Assembly (NCBI RefSeq): GCF_002105155.1
Contig: NW_019028988.1
Span: forward strand, 558,001-622,000
Reading direction: 5' to 3'
DNA from: Lobosporangium transversale
Lineage: Eukaryota
DNA: 64,000 nucleotides
Below the pieces are notes generated by a model that did no database searches, was not told where the DNA came from, and worked only from the letters and a program-made list of their open reading frames with translations. A program made the position numbers and the translations under genes. Shown here piece after piece: positions 14,501 to 28,418 of the stretch (positions are counted from its first letter, which is position 1; the number at the start of each line of letters is the position of its first letter).

Positions 14501-15912
14501 CGGATCCGAGCCAAAGTCCGATTGCTGCTACAGTGGAAGAGCTGGCGCAACTGTCAGTGGTCAAGAAACGCGATGATGAGATTCAGAGAGGCCCTCTAGC
14601 CCTTGATTATACAGATCCATATGATCATCGACCCGGCAAACGCACACAAGGGAGAGGCCCCGGTTACAACACAATCACGTCTGAGAATGCTAAAAGTTCA
14701 TCCACGGTTTCTAAGCCATCGTCAACGCCGAGCTTGGGATCCTCCAAATCGCGTGACAGTCTTTCAAAACATAGTGGATCCTCTTATTTTTCCTACAAGG
14801 ATAAAGATAAGGAAAAGGAAGGATCCTCGCGACCTACATCACCAGGGTCTAAAAAACCGAGCTCTAAGCAGTCCGCAGCAGCAGGATCAATATCGTCGCG
14901 CGCATCGCGCTCCAAGTCTGATTTGCCTGTATACCGTGAAGGTGTCGAGACATCACCACGGACGCCCGCCTTTGATGTGCCATTCCTCTTCAACTCCCTA
15001 TCCGATGTTTCGTCCGCCGAGTCCCCAGTGTCTCCTCCTGCCATAGTCAAAACATCCTTGTCTCCTCCTCCGCGTCAAAGCTGGCAACGCTCAAAATCGT
15101 TCAAGACAGCGGGCACAACTCTTGGGGCATTTGCTAACACTGATATGAATAACACCAACAGCAACGAGCCCTGTGCGTCATTAGCAGGAAACCCGTTGCC
15201 GTTCCTAAGCACTACAAGGAGCTCAACAACACCCTCCGGACGACGTGAGCAGACATCATCTCCACTCCCATCTCCAAGTTTTCCTCATTCACTCTATTCT
15301 ACCTCACAGAACCAAGTTTCCAATGAGCCTGGTCAAAATAATAGCAACAGCACCATCAGTACTAATATGAGTATCAACCAAAGTGCCGGTCTCAGTTTGG
15401 GATCCTCTAGAACTTCTCTCCGTGATCCGTCTGCGATCATAGTTCCCTCGTCGTTGCATTCAGCATCCAGATCACCTCCACTTGGATCACCACCATCACC
15501 TGGTTTCAGAGGCTCAAACGCTCGAAATTCTCCATCGCCTACACATTTTGGACATAGTATGAATATGGGTACTCGGAACTTATCATCATCACCACCCACA
15601 TCCAACACCAATTATAATAATAATAGTAATAATAATAATAATAATAGCAGTAGTAACAGCACTAATAATAGCCAGAGTAGAAGCAGTCCATTTTCGAGCC
15701 ACATTCTTGCAGAAGATCCGTGGACACAAGCCATGGTAAATCGTGCACAGACCAAGACGACTGCCACTCCAACCACGCAGACAGAATATGAATGCGGCGA
15801 TACCGAATCTGGAAACAAAGATTGGGAGCATAATGTATCCAATCAATACTATGTAGGTGGATCGTATTCAAACCACCGCAGACCGTCCTTAGGAAGGACA
15901 GCATCCGAGTAA
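11544..15912 (+). CDS. Seven-TM (GPCR-like) membrane protein with a ~1000-aa Ser-rich disordered C-tail; exons 11544-12512, 12630-13554, 13712-15912 (~1364 aa)
   Basis: Three ORFs join in frame through GT-AG introns. Seven hydrophobic segments lie in the first ~360 aa. No family signature recognised. Confidence 0.8.
11672..11717 (+). repeat. (GGA)n coding microsatellite giving a poly-Gly tract
   Basis: About 15 consecutive GGA codons in the N-terminus of the 7-TM protein. Confidence 0.9.
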
Positions 15913-16256
15913 TGACTTGAGTTTTTTGTACAATAGTTTATAAAAGTATAATATTATAAGGCATACAAAATAATCATGATTAAAAAAAAATAAAAATAAA
16001 AATAATAAAAAAAAGACCAGTGGTTATTTCCAGATATGATATATCAGTCTCAGCGAAAATATTAAAAAAAAGCCTCTCCCTTGTTCAAAGTGCTCAACAA
16101 AGTTGTATATATTAGAGGAAGGTGAAGATAAAAAAATCTATGTAGAAATCAAAGCCAGGAAGAAATTAGGCCATATAGAGTACGTATGGGAGATGAAAAG
16201 AAAAAGAACGTCGATCGTATTCCTGTTAAACTTTTTTTTTTTTTTTTTTTTTTTTC

Positions 16257-16354
16257 TTATTTTTGCATAATGTTGATAAGCCTAATAGTTATGAAAATAA
16301 GAATAAACAGTTAATAACCCGATACAATCAATGCCAAGGATTTGGATAGGTTTA

Positions 16355-16399
<45 letters not shown>

Positions 16400-17436
16400 G
16401 GAGCTTACCAATCCAATCCTTCTGTGAGTCCTTCTCCCTTGACAGCACTTGTCTTGTAAATACTCCATTGTCTGTTCATTAACGTGCTCAAACCAAGTGC
16501 ATCCGAAACTTCTGCTGCAGTCATGGCTCCAGCCATATCCTGCTTGTTCGCAAACACAAGCAAGGCTGCATCCTTAAGCTCCTCCTCTTCTAACATAGCC
16601 ATCAGCTCTTCTTTGGCTGTCGATACACGATCACGATCTACCGAGTCGACCACATAGATGACTGCATCCGTGTTGGCATAATAACATCTCCAATACGGCC
16701 GAATAGATGTCTGTCCTCCCAGATCCCAGACCTGAAACTTGATGTTCTTATATTGTACCGTCTCCACATTGAATCCAATAGCTAAATTAGAAGTTTAAAT
16801 AATAGGAAAAAAAAAAAAAACGAGATTGCAACTTTGATTATAAGTATCACTTTAATATGTCATGTTGGGTTTGTTGTGTGGTAATTTTTACTGTAAAAAG
16901 AGGGAAAAAAATAGTCCATAAAAATGACTTACTTGGGATAGTTGTTACGACTTCACCAACCTGTAGTCTGTACAATATCGTGGTCTTTCCCGCGCCATCC
17001 AAACCGAGAATCAAGATCCTGACCTCTTTATCCCCCCAGAGTCGTCCAAGAATACGAGAAAAGATGGAGCCTATAACCAATTTTATTTTTAAAAAAAAGT
17101 GTAGTTAGCACCAAGCAAGCTCTTGCTTTTTTATGGTTCCTGAAATAAACTCGAATATACACACGTCATGCCAGATAGACATCCTTTTTGGATCAGTCCA
17201 TTTTTCCTGTTTCTGAAGTTGATTCATAGTGATAACAGTGATTAGCTTGACAACATATTTTCATTTCCGTCAACCATGTTACGCCTTAGAATGTTTCCAA
17301 AGCGGCGGTGAAATCCTTCTGTTGTGTGGGATAGCTCCTGTACAACCCAAATGAGAACATAGGACTTTGTGGAGGTCGTTCATTTGTTTCCTGTAGATGT
17401 AAAAAAAAAAATAAAAAAAAAAAGATGCTTACCCAT
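16257..17436 (-). CDS. ARL1: ARF-like GTPase ARL1; exons 17436-17433, 17070-16933, 16781-16409, 16281-16257
   Basis: [82 protein letters not shown]...[18 protein letters not shown] is ARL1-diagnostic. Confidence 0.96.
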
Positions 17437-18499
17437 GATGTAATAAAAAAAAGTGTTGTAGTATTGTTCGTTTAAATGAATGGATGATAAAAAACAAGAG
17501 CAGAAAGATGAAGCACAATGAGAATAAAGTGTGAATGCTCGCTGTATATTGGTGTTTTTCTTCGTCTTTTTAATCTGACAAAGTCTTGTAAGGTTGTGCG
17601 ATGGCGATTAGTGATGAGCAAAGGCATGCAGATTACTTTTTTTTTTTTTTTTTTTCTCTTGGCCGGTTTAATTACCCCTTAATCATAGAGTTCACGTGCC
17701 TGACTTGCTTTGCAAGATGTAAGGATTTTCTCTAGATCTGTGTCCTCTCATTCTTAGACTTTCAACGGTTCTCTTTACTTTGTTTTCAAGAAAGATGACT
17801 ATCAATTAGTAGAATAAAAAAATCGAAAGGCAGCCAACTGGGAGCTAGGCTTTGTTAATCTGAACAAAACTTCGATCTCATGAATAAAATTACAGTAGTT
17901 TTTTTTTTTTAGTACTTTCTGAGGATGGAGAAAATGCTAATATACTTCTAAACGAAATTTAGGTCTTTTTTAACAAGAGTGGATGGTTGACATCGACAAT
18001 GCTTTGATGTCGAGCACTGGTGGGCGCTTGTACGATACACATAAATATATACTTATCAATAACATGTCACCCTTTGAGCATGACATTTCCTCATGTGTTG
18101 CAAGACGAATTTTTTCTTCAATGGCTCATGCTCTCCCCCCCCACACCAATCTCCTGATTACTTTACTTGTGTCCTTGTATCCAAGCACCATCAAGAATGG
18201 AAATGCTTAATTTTTTATTCTCCACATGAAAGAATGTCCCTCTTTTTCTCCATCATCATTTCTTTCTTGTGCTTGGTCCATGTGAGCTCTCTGACTGGTA
18301 CAGCTTACATAGTATCTTTTCTTTTCCTCACCCCCAAATAAAATGATATAATGAATCCCTTGGGGTGCGTGGGCGCCGTGGAGGTCAAGAAATCATACAA
18401 ACCATGTGCATTTCTGGTGATAGAAAAAATGGAACATGCAAGCATGTGCAAGTTGTCAAAAAGCGAGCACAACACATTAAAGAACAACTCAGCATATCC

Positions 18500-18532
<33 letters not shown>

Positions 18533-21419
18533 CCATTTTTCTTTATCAGCAAGTGAATGTGTTTGTGCGCACACACCTGTGTGCGGGCTCCTAAAGATGG
18601 AGAATGAAAGAAAAGAAAGAAAGAAAAATTGAACATGAACACCATATTTCCCAACCCTCAAGCCTTTTGGATTGATTTTCACTTTTGCTTGCAATCGGAC
18701 AGGCGAATTTGCTCTCGGTAGTTTCCCATGAAATGGTGTCTTCCTGCTCTTCCTCTCTGTTATTCTTCACATCTCTTTTGTTCATCTTTTAACATGAGGT
18801 CTAACCACCCAAGAGAGTCCTACCAAGAGAAACTTTTGTATGTGAGTGTTTTTATTTTTATTTTTTGGGCTCCAAACATCTCTAGACCGTTGGTATATTT
18901 TATTTATAATGTGTAGTCTTATACATACTGCGGAGAACCCTTCACAATCAATTTATTCTCCATTCATTTTTGTTTGTTTATTAGTTTGTTTATATTTCGC
19001 ATTGGCTTATGAAGCAGTAATGTAGGCCATACATTATCGTTCACCACCATCTCGCTCTTCCCCAAAACCCCTTTTACGACTTCAACAAGTTGTTTGTTTA
19101 TTTGTTTGTTGCGAATGGATTCAAGGAATTGTGACACTTCGTGCAACGTGGTGCAAGTAGGAAAACCAATTACGACCAAGAAGAAGGAAAAGACTTTTTT
19201 TTTTCATATTCATTGACAAGTTATGAGAGGTGCCTGGGCCTGACTTTTTTTTGTTTGCCTTCTCAAACACACTTTAGCATCTGTTCTCCATCCTGAAGTG
19301 CCTTTACAAATTATTAACTCGAAGATCCCTTTTAATATTGCTCTTTTAGAAAACTACAGTCGTCATATGTGGAGCGAGTAAAAAAAAAAAAAAGCTGCCT
19401 CAGATTTATTTTATTTTATTTTTTTTTTTTTTAGTTACGCCCAACAAGGGACCCACTTACCTTTAATATTATCCTTGCAGCTGTCACGCGCTGTGGAGAA
19501 AATATGCTGACTTGCAGATTAAATGACTGACTTCTGGACCAAATAGAAAATCCTTTCCACTTTTTCTCTCTTGCAATCCGATTAATTAGGCATCTCATTT
19601 CGTCTTAATAATAAGCAACGAACCGAATGCTATGGTCGATGGTATTGTCGCGTGCTGTTGCTGGCAATGCAAATAAAAGATAAAGAATAAATTATAAAAA
19701 TAAAAAGTTCAGTCTGAACGGTAGAAAAAGAAAGATAGAAAAAGAAAGGAGCATTTAGTGCGACAAAAATATCGTGAGTTTCGCCTCCACTCCAAAGAAT
19801 ACAACTTGGATATATTCATAAGGATACGGAAGAGCAAAAATATAGAATATGTATACTACGCTTGACCTTTGCATTGCATTGCATTGCCTTCAGTACAAAA
19901 ATATATTTCTGCAAAGTCCGTCAGTTCCAGGCTAACTTTCATTCGCTTTGCAGCAGCATGGATGGTCATGTTTTTTGGAGATAATTCTAGTCATTCAAAC
20001 CAATCAAACCTTGAACGTCATGCTGTTCTGGTTTATCTTTTGTCTTTTCGCATGCGCGTCTTCACAAATGCTCCAAGCTCTTTCTTTATATATATTTCTT
20101 GTTTGTTTCTTCATGAGGACAGGGCAGCTTGAGTGTTATCTACATGCTCCTGTTTGTCGTTTATCTGTTGTGAATATATGCTTTAGTTTCTCCACTAAAC
20201 TTTGCTCTTTTATTGGAAACCATAAATTAACAGGTTTAAAGTGTTGACGCCTTTTGTTCGTAGTTTAGAGTTGAATTGAATTGAATAATGGGCACTGCCT
20301 TTGGTTAATTCTATCCAAGAGATGGTAAGGAAAATGAAAAAGATTCTTCGCATGTGCTTGTTGTTCACTTCCACTCCACTTCTCTTTTTTTCCGTTCTTC
20401 ATTTCTTTTTCTTTTCATTTCTTTCTTCCTCTCTTTCTCCATTGCTCCCCACAAAAGCGATCCTCGCAATAAAAAAAAATAATTTCAATCTGATTATTAT
20501 CATTTTTTTTTTCTTCCCACACCTTCCCACACCTTCATTCACATCATCCCTCAACGACTCTTTCTTCCTTTCTCTGCACGTCTCGATCACTGCAACTTGC
20601 TACAGTAGGTGATTCCTTACTCTATTTTTCCTTTCTCTCCCCTTTCCACTCCTCTCCTTTTTTTTTTTTTTCTTATAAAATGCAACAGCTTACGCACATT
20701 TTAAAAAGTGGACCATGCTCCGCGGTACAATTTCATCCACTAAATCTTTACTGTATTTTGCGATCCATCATGGATTCGTGTCTAAAATTGCAAGCAAGCA
20801 ATTGTTAAAAAGGATTGATAATGGGGCTAATTCTATCATCTCGACGCTTGGAAGAGCATCAGTGCGAGGGCGGAGAAAAAGAGGGATTTAAGCAAAAGAC
20901 TGGAGAAAGTGACTAAATTGACATTGGTTTTTGAATTGAACCGTTTATTTTAATTTCTATTGCCGATCGATCGATCGAAGAAGGAAGAACGAAAGAAAGA
21001 AAAGAAGGAGCTAGAGAAGAAAAGAGAACTTGCATGAAGGCAATTCGAAAGATTGAGCCTTAATCTCTGTTTAATGGGTACAAAAAAAAAAAACTGCTCT
21101 AGCCCTCTAGCCAACTGGGTTTGTTCCATTTGACTTTCACTCTGTGGGTTCAGGACTCTTCAATTCACAACAGATAATTGGACACAAATCGGTATATCCT
21201 GGCCATCACGCGCCACACCCGTTCTTTTTTTTTTTTTTTTTACATTTCTATTTATTTGCCTTTGTTTTTTTTTTTTTTTTTTTTTTCCTCCTGCATACCC
21301 CAATGTACTGTCTGTCTGTCAACTTGACTAATACTCCCTTCAGTAATACAATATAGACTATCACTCTTCACAACCATCATCCTCACTATCCCTACTCTCT
21401 TTTTCACCCCTACAGCATC

Positions 21420-23886
21420 ATGACAGTCGCTGTAACCCCGGTCGATCCTGACATCTCGCTGATCCTCCAGCAAAACCTTCCCCTTATCCACTTTCAAGAC
21501 ATACTCCGACTCAATTACAATGCCTATGTGCCTGGTCGCTTCCAAAAAGTCTACACTGGCCGTTGGAACGACCAAGATATAGAGCTAAGGCAACCCTTCG
21601 GAGATAACGCCTCAATTGAAAAGGAAGTGCGCCTTCTTCACAAACTGCGACACTGCCCCCAAGTTGCACATCTATATGGATATACAATTGAGCCCACCAC
21701 CTCTATTCCTTATCTTGTGTTCCAACATAACGAACATGGTACCCTTCATTCATACCTCATCAATTTCCATCCACACCTCACCTGGTCTGATCGATATAAC
21801 CTCGCCCTGGACATCTCTCTTGGCCTTCGCTATCTTCACCACAAAGGTTGTAAGCATCGCCATCTGCATTCTGCAAGCATCCTTATCGACACCAATGGCT
21901 CGGCAGTTCTCTCTGATTTTGGAAATAGCAGAGATTCTGAGGTGATGTCCTCACGTGAACATCCCTATAGGATGGCATACTTGGCACCTGAGAGACTATC
22001 CAAGAATGGATCACGGTATTCGGCCGAATGTGACATTTACTCTCTAGGCATGGTCCTCTGGGAGATCTCGAGCGGTCGTCCTCCATTTGAGGATCTTTGC
22101 ACTTCTGAAAACATTCAAAGCGGTGCTATGACATCATTGGCACAAAATATCCTCGTTGGTCGCAGAGAACGTTCAGTTCCAGGTACGGATCCCATCTACG
22201 AAGAAATTTACACCCGGTGCTGGCACCCAAATCCTCAGGAGCGCCCGACGATTGACTGGGTGATTCAGACACTTGGCGCGCTCTTGAAACAACCATCAAG
22301 CGCACTTCTCCGGCAGATGGAAGAACTTGGGATTGTTGGTAAGTATTTAGATATATGGACTTGTATGCTTAAGCTATTCATTGCTTCTCATTTTACTCAC
22401 TCTATTTTTTTTTCCTTCCAAAGATGATGAATTTCCCGTGATGCCACTTTCCCCTACCAAAACTTCTAGTTTCGCTGATGGATCATCAAAACCAATGACA
22501 ATCAAAGTAGGAAAATCTTCCCACGAGAACGATTTGAGTGCACCCAGCCCTCTTTTCCGATCACGCGAATTATTGCTATCACCTCGAGAGCCCGATTACC
22601 TCCCACCTCCACCACAGATCCCACCTCCAGTGCCTCCAGTACCTCAGCGACGTAAGCTCTCAGCTGCAGCTTCCTCCACGCCTTCAACACCTTCGACACC
22701 TTCCATGCCATCTATGCGCTCCATGTCTGTCAGCAGCGGCAGCTCAAGTGGGTCATCTACTAGCAGTCTCGGTTATCCTGCAATACCAGCCAGGGATGCC
22801 CGTCGAACGTCGACAATGCCTCACTCTGCCGAAATCCCTCAATACAACGTCCTGCCTAAGCGTCGCAGCCCTCAGACAATTTGGGAAGCCTGTCAAGAAG
22901 GTAATGCGGACTTGGCAGAGTGGCATATCCTCACCACGGGTACAGATCCCAATAGTTTGATCTCTTTGCCTGCATATTCAATGCTCGCAGAAGTTGCACC
23001 AATTCATGTGGCATGCTTTTACCAACCAGAGACTTTGCTCGATGTCCTCAAGAGTCTTGAGCGCAATGGTGCCAATATGCAGCTCTGCACGACCCTCACC
23101 AACCAGTCAGCTCTACACATTGTCCTTGAGCATGCTACCAACTACAATCTGGCACTCGAGGTCGTCAAGTATCTGATGTTAGAATGCAAGCTGAGTGTCA
23201 ATGACCCTGACAATCGTGGTTTGACTCCTTTCCACAAATACATCAAGAATCCTCATCTTAGCGACATTGTCTCTGTCGCAGGGTCGGAGTTGTACACGTT
23301 ATTGCGTGAGAAGGGTAGGGCTAACCTCAATATGGAATCATTAAATGAAGGGAACGCTCTTGGAATGACTGCACGTTACCTTCGCGTGGATCTCATGAGG
23401 CTCTTCTTGTTGACGGATCTCTCTTGCTCAGAGGCCAAGAGCCTGAATTATGCTGCCAGTGTGGTTGAGGCGCCCCTTAGCGAGAGTCGTAGCTCTAAAG
23501 CTGCACAGGATCAATGCCGTGCTATCCTGCAAGAGTGGAAAGGTGAACGTGGTGAGACAAAGAGGATGCATATGGCTGAACGTATTTTGGAGCACCAGGG
23601 TCTCCTCTCGCCTTCAAGCCCCGTCTCGCTGACATCCTCACCTTTATTGGGACCTACATCAGCCTTTTCGGGCCCTTCTTCTTCTTCCAAGAATAAGAAA
23701 CAAGGAGGGCTTTTGAGTGGTCTTGGCAAGTTGGGCAAATCGTCTTTTAAAGAAGAAACTAGCCCTACGCCAACGCCCTTGCCCTCTAAAGTCGTGACAG
23801 AGGTTGATGTGGCCAAGAAGGTTCTTCAGAGTAGTGCTGTGAAGCAGCGGAAACTCAAGAACTTGATTGCTGACTCTGGTTTCTGA
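21420..23886 (+). CDS. Tyrosine-kinase-like (pseudo)kinase with Pro-rich linker and ankyrin repeats; exons 21420-22338, 22424-23886 (~793 aa)
   Basis: Kinase subdomains DFG, YLAPE, DIYSLGMVLWEISSGRPPF and CW..NP.ERP. Ankyrin-like units WEACQEGNAD, PIHVAC, SALHIV, NDPDNRGLTPFH and GNALG. Confidence 0.88.
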
Positions 23887-26800
23887 AAGGAGAGAAAAAA
23901 ATATGTCAAGCATTTTACATTTATACTTTTATATAGCTTTTTTTTTTTATTTTTTATTTTTTTTATAGTTGTTTGTTCTATATCCTGATACCCCAACCCC
24001 ATACCATCATCCACGCCTGTCCATGGAATCGCACTATTATGATCGCGTACTCAGATACAGTCCTTGTATATACTTTCTTCACTTTCGTTTTCTTTTTTGC
24101 TGCATTTCCAATCCCTATTCTGTACTCATAAAGAAGTTAAAAAAAATAATATTTGCACCACTTATCCGTTTCCTTTTTACGACACAATACAAAGAGAAAA
24201 TATTTACAGGAATGTACAACTCGATGAAAAGTTTACAATGAGCTAAATTTGCCTAATCAATGTTGCTACGGTCAAAGTTGCTTGCATCGGCTCTTTGTAT
24301 TCCTTGTATACCTCCAAGTTTGAACATTTCTTTCTTAGCTCATTGCCATTATTTGAGACTTTGAATGTCCTGATAGTATGCCTTCTATACAGTTTGGCAA
24401 TGCTCTTGGAGGAAATGTGCACCAGTTGGCAACTAAAGTGCGGCGTCACTTTGTACTCATACTTGGAGATAATGCACCCATATTTCACCTATTCTCACAT
24501 TTGAAAACATATAAGAAAAAGTTGAATTATGAGAACAAGAAAATTCGGAAAAGCTTGATATTGAAGGCGACCAAGAAACACTTATTTTCCAATAACTGAT
24601 CAATTGTATATTTGTACTACAATTTGCGATCTCACTGGTGATGTTGATCATTACGAAGTGATAACCAGAGTTAAGTACAATCACGGAGTATTTGGTTGGT
24701 TATTGGATATCAAGTCATCCGATCACCAATTTTATGACTTTTGGATGCATGACCAACATGCATGAATACTTCGCCCAGAGTCACGCTTTGGTCCAAGCCA
24801 TTTATCATTTTGAGATATTTAGGGGGACAATATTGTTACAAGCTCTTACTGTAAATGTTTACTTGTTAGCTTTATTACCACTCATTCCCCCTACAAACAT
24901 ACTTTTACTAAATGGCATCTTTTAGAGCTCTTCTTCATGTAGTGCTTTAGACGGCATTATAGTAGATGGTGGGGGTAGTGCAGAAACGTAGCCTTTGTTG
25001 TCATGGGCGTTGGAATGACTCTATCAATACTTGTCTGTTACATTTTATTACAGGTAAACTATTTGGTATCAAGTATCCAAGTAACCAGAGAGAAATGAAG
25101 CGCTTGGTTGGACTGAACAATATGGCATCCTCCTTGCCTTTTGTGGAGATCGTTAGTTGAGCATAACCACCACGGAGAATGTAAAAAATAATATTAATCA
25201 ATCCAGCTGCATCACATTGCCAGCAGAATTAATCGTACAGCCTTGAATTAGACAAAGGGCACATATTAGATGGGGGATGAATGCGTTTAGGCTCACTGTA
25301 TCATGCCTGATATGAGAAATATGAGAAGAAGTAGTAGATCAGGACCTTCAATGATGATCCCAAAGTTTCAGGGGCCTTTCCATTTAATTCAAAAAGGAGG
25401 CGTTTGTTATCAGTGTGGCTCTTCTATCTTGATCAAGACAAAGAGGAGTAACGTAATTATTCTCTCGTGGGACAGTAGGCATAGACATATTCTCCCAGCA
25501 AAAAGGAAAAACGAAGAGATTCACCCACCACTGTTGTTCATTCCAGTTGAAGGTGACTCCTTTTTGTGCTTACTCTCCTCCCGCCTTCATCTCCTTTCAA
25601 TGACGAAGAAAATGATCCTTTGACTCGGGATCGTTTGCATGCACCCGTAACTCCGTTCCCCCTGTTTTTTAAATTTAGTACGAATCCATCCATCCATTGG
25701 AGGAAGGAAGAAGGGTAAAAAACCACCTTCGATGCGCTGATTGGCATGTGGTGTTGGTTTCAGTTGTTGCTTATTTTTCCCCCCTACTCCATGCCCTCTG
25801 TGTTGACCATCAACGAGCACTGTAAGCAGTGTGGCGATTCCTATCATGGGCCAAATGAGGGATAAAGGAAGGGACCAGGAAGGCCTTGATGAAGAAGACG
25901 AGCCATAATGAACACCATTCCTTTTCTAGTATGCCTCCTCCTTTTGCCTTTATCCTTTTTATCTCTCTTCCCCTAATCCAAGGTTGCGATCACAGTGCAG
26001 AAGGCGCAAGCATACAACACACGCACACGCACACACCCAGTCGCCATGCACCCCTTGGAAAACAACAAAAACTTTATTGTGATATACACTTCTACATCCA
26101 TTCAATCCCTCTGACCCCTTCTTTCTTCCTCCTTTGTTTCCCTCTCTTCCTGATGTTTGTTGCCGGGTCTTTTGTATTTGCCTGTCTCCTGTGAACTTAC
26201 ACCTGCCCCTTGAGCCCATGCCCTTTGTGTACATGTCCTCTTTTTCTCTCTATTCCCATCTAAAATGTATACTATATAAAAATACACATATTTTTGCCTC
26301 GATCTGTGTACTCCGTGTCTTTCCCCCCTTGATCACCCCTTTGTAACATTGCCAGTTAAGAACAATCTCCTCTGTTTATTCTCCTCGCTACCTCCTCTTT
26401 TGCTTTGAATGACATCTTTTTGCACCTGAGTTTTGGTCAGCAAATGACTTTTATTTAGACAGAAAGACTTCTTGATCAAGAAACAACAGTGATAGCAACC
26501 ACATCCTCAGCCAAACAGGGACTAAAAAAAAAGGCATGAAAATCCATCACAACTTTACTTCAATACGCGTTATTGGATATTGTGGTAGTGGGGTCTGTTA
26601 TGCAAGGACGTCTGCAGGTCTTTCCGTATCACCCTGAAGTTAATGTTCTCAATAAGAATTTTAGAAAAGACGCGGTCTTGTAAATCAGCATAGTTGCTAT
26701 TAACAATTCTCTGTACTCCATGATGAATTTTTTCCTTTCCTTTCCTTGTTGCAGCAACTTGAAGTGTATGCGTTTAGATTTCCGCTTTTCTGATATAATA

Positions 26801-28241
26801 TTGAAGGTTGGGCCTATGACTCCATGAGAAAACATGAGAGGACAATGATATAGCCTGAGGAAAGGGTAACGCAATGATAATGCGACAGAGTTACTTCAAT
26901 ACACACGCAATTCACACGCAGTGGCATTTAAATTGGATCTCGACCCTTGTTTTTATAGTTCTCCTGTATGCTTTGACTACAACTGACCATACAAACCAAG
27001 GAAGCAATTCTTCCCAGTCTTGATTGTTCATTTGGGATGAAAAGCGAATGATTTGTTCATCCTGTTTTCCTACCTGTCTTTTTTTTTTTTTTTTTTTTTT
27101 TTTTTTCTAGTCTTACTTCTGTCTTCATCTTGACGATCCCAAGGAAATAAAAAAAAAAAAAAACCAGTTGCAATTCTTCTCCTTTGTGTCCTCCTTAGTT
27201 CAGGTTCAGATCAACCCTTTTCCCTGATCCCTTGGGGGTGTTGAATCTCCCTCTATTTTCTCCATCTTCGCTGTCACCTTTCGGTTAGAAATCGGGAAGG
27301 TTTATTATCGCACAAGCCAAGAAAAAGAAAAAAAAAGATCCTCGGCTAAAACAAAACACCATTATACTCCTTTTTTATTCACTTCATCCATTCATTCGTT
27401 TGGTTCTCTCTTTCTCTTTCTTTCTTTCTTTTTTTTTTCTTTCATCTTTTTCTTTTTTTCATATCTGCTTTCTATTGTTTTCCCTCCGCTTTTGACCACT
27501 GTTGGACGTTACACTGTTAGTGACCTTGCATTTGTGATTACAGAAGCTCACATTAAAGATTTGAAGGTAGCGCGGCATGTACTTGCCTGTCTTGTTCAAC
27601 ATCCTCGATTGTTATCGCTTTTGTTTTTATTTTTATAAACAATTCGTGCCTTCGTACATTTGGATAGCGAATAACCAACAGTGGCACTCACTTCATCATG
27701 GCCGCTTCACCAGATCGTCTATTGGGATCCACACAATACCTTACAAACAACCAAGGTATAGCATCGTCTCCTAATTAATGTCTATGAATGCGTCTACTGG
27801 CTTTTTTTACCCTTGTCTTAGATATCTACATTTGAGAAAATGCAAGGATTTGTTTCAACTTGTGCATTTCAGTAAAGCAATTACAGCCGATTGAATCTCT
27901 TTCAACTCTTCACTTTTCATACATTCGCATTTATTCCTTATTAATCTCACACTCTTGTTCTCCTCTTCCTCCTTCCCCCTTCCCCTTGCTCCCTTTTTGC
28001 TCCCCATCCTCCCTCCCTCCAATCCCATACAAGCATCTTGAACTCACCCGTTCACTTGAGCCTGGGTGCTACAAGTCCATTCTTATAAATTTAGACTACA
28101 AATGTTCCATTTTCTTTATTGTGTTTTTCTATTCAACAGCACTCTCTTCTTATTCAAACGTCATGCAAACCCCTGGCTTCTGAGAATAAGCACTCCTCAA
28201 CTTTTTTTTCTTCTTCGAACCCGTGCTACTCTTGTTCACCG

Positions 28242-28275
<34 letters not shown>

Positions 28276-28418
28276 CACTATGAAGACACTTTAATTTCGA
28301 TTGCCTAGTCTCACAAGTCTTTTTCTCCCTATTTTCTTCACTCTCATTTTGTTTTCCCATATCGACCGCACAAACACAAACAGATTCAGATCGTCGCGGT
28401 TCTGTTCCAATACTCTCC

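Noticed and set aside
17071..17432. Possible cassette exon in ARL1 intron 1
   Set aside because: The candidate acceptor near 17391 would give a ~42-nt intron and an immediate stop; unsupported without transcripts.
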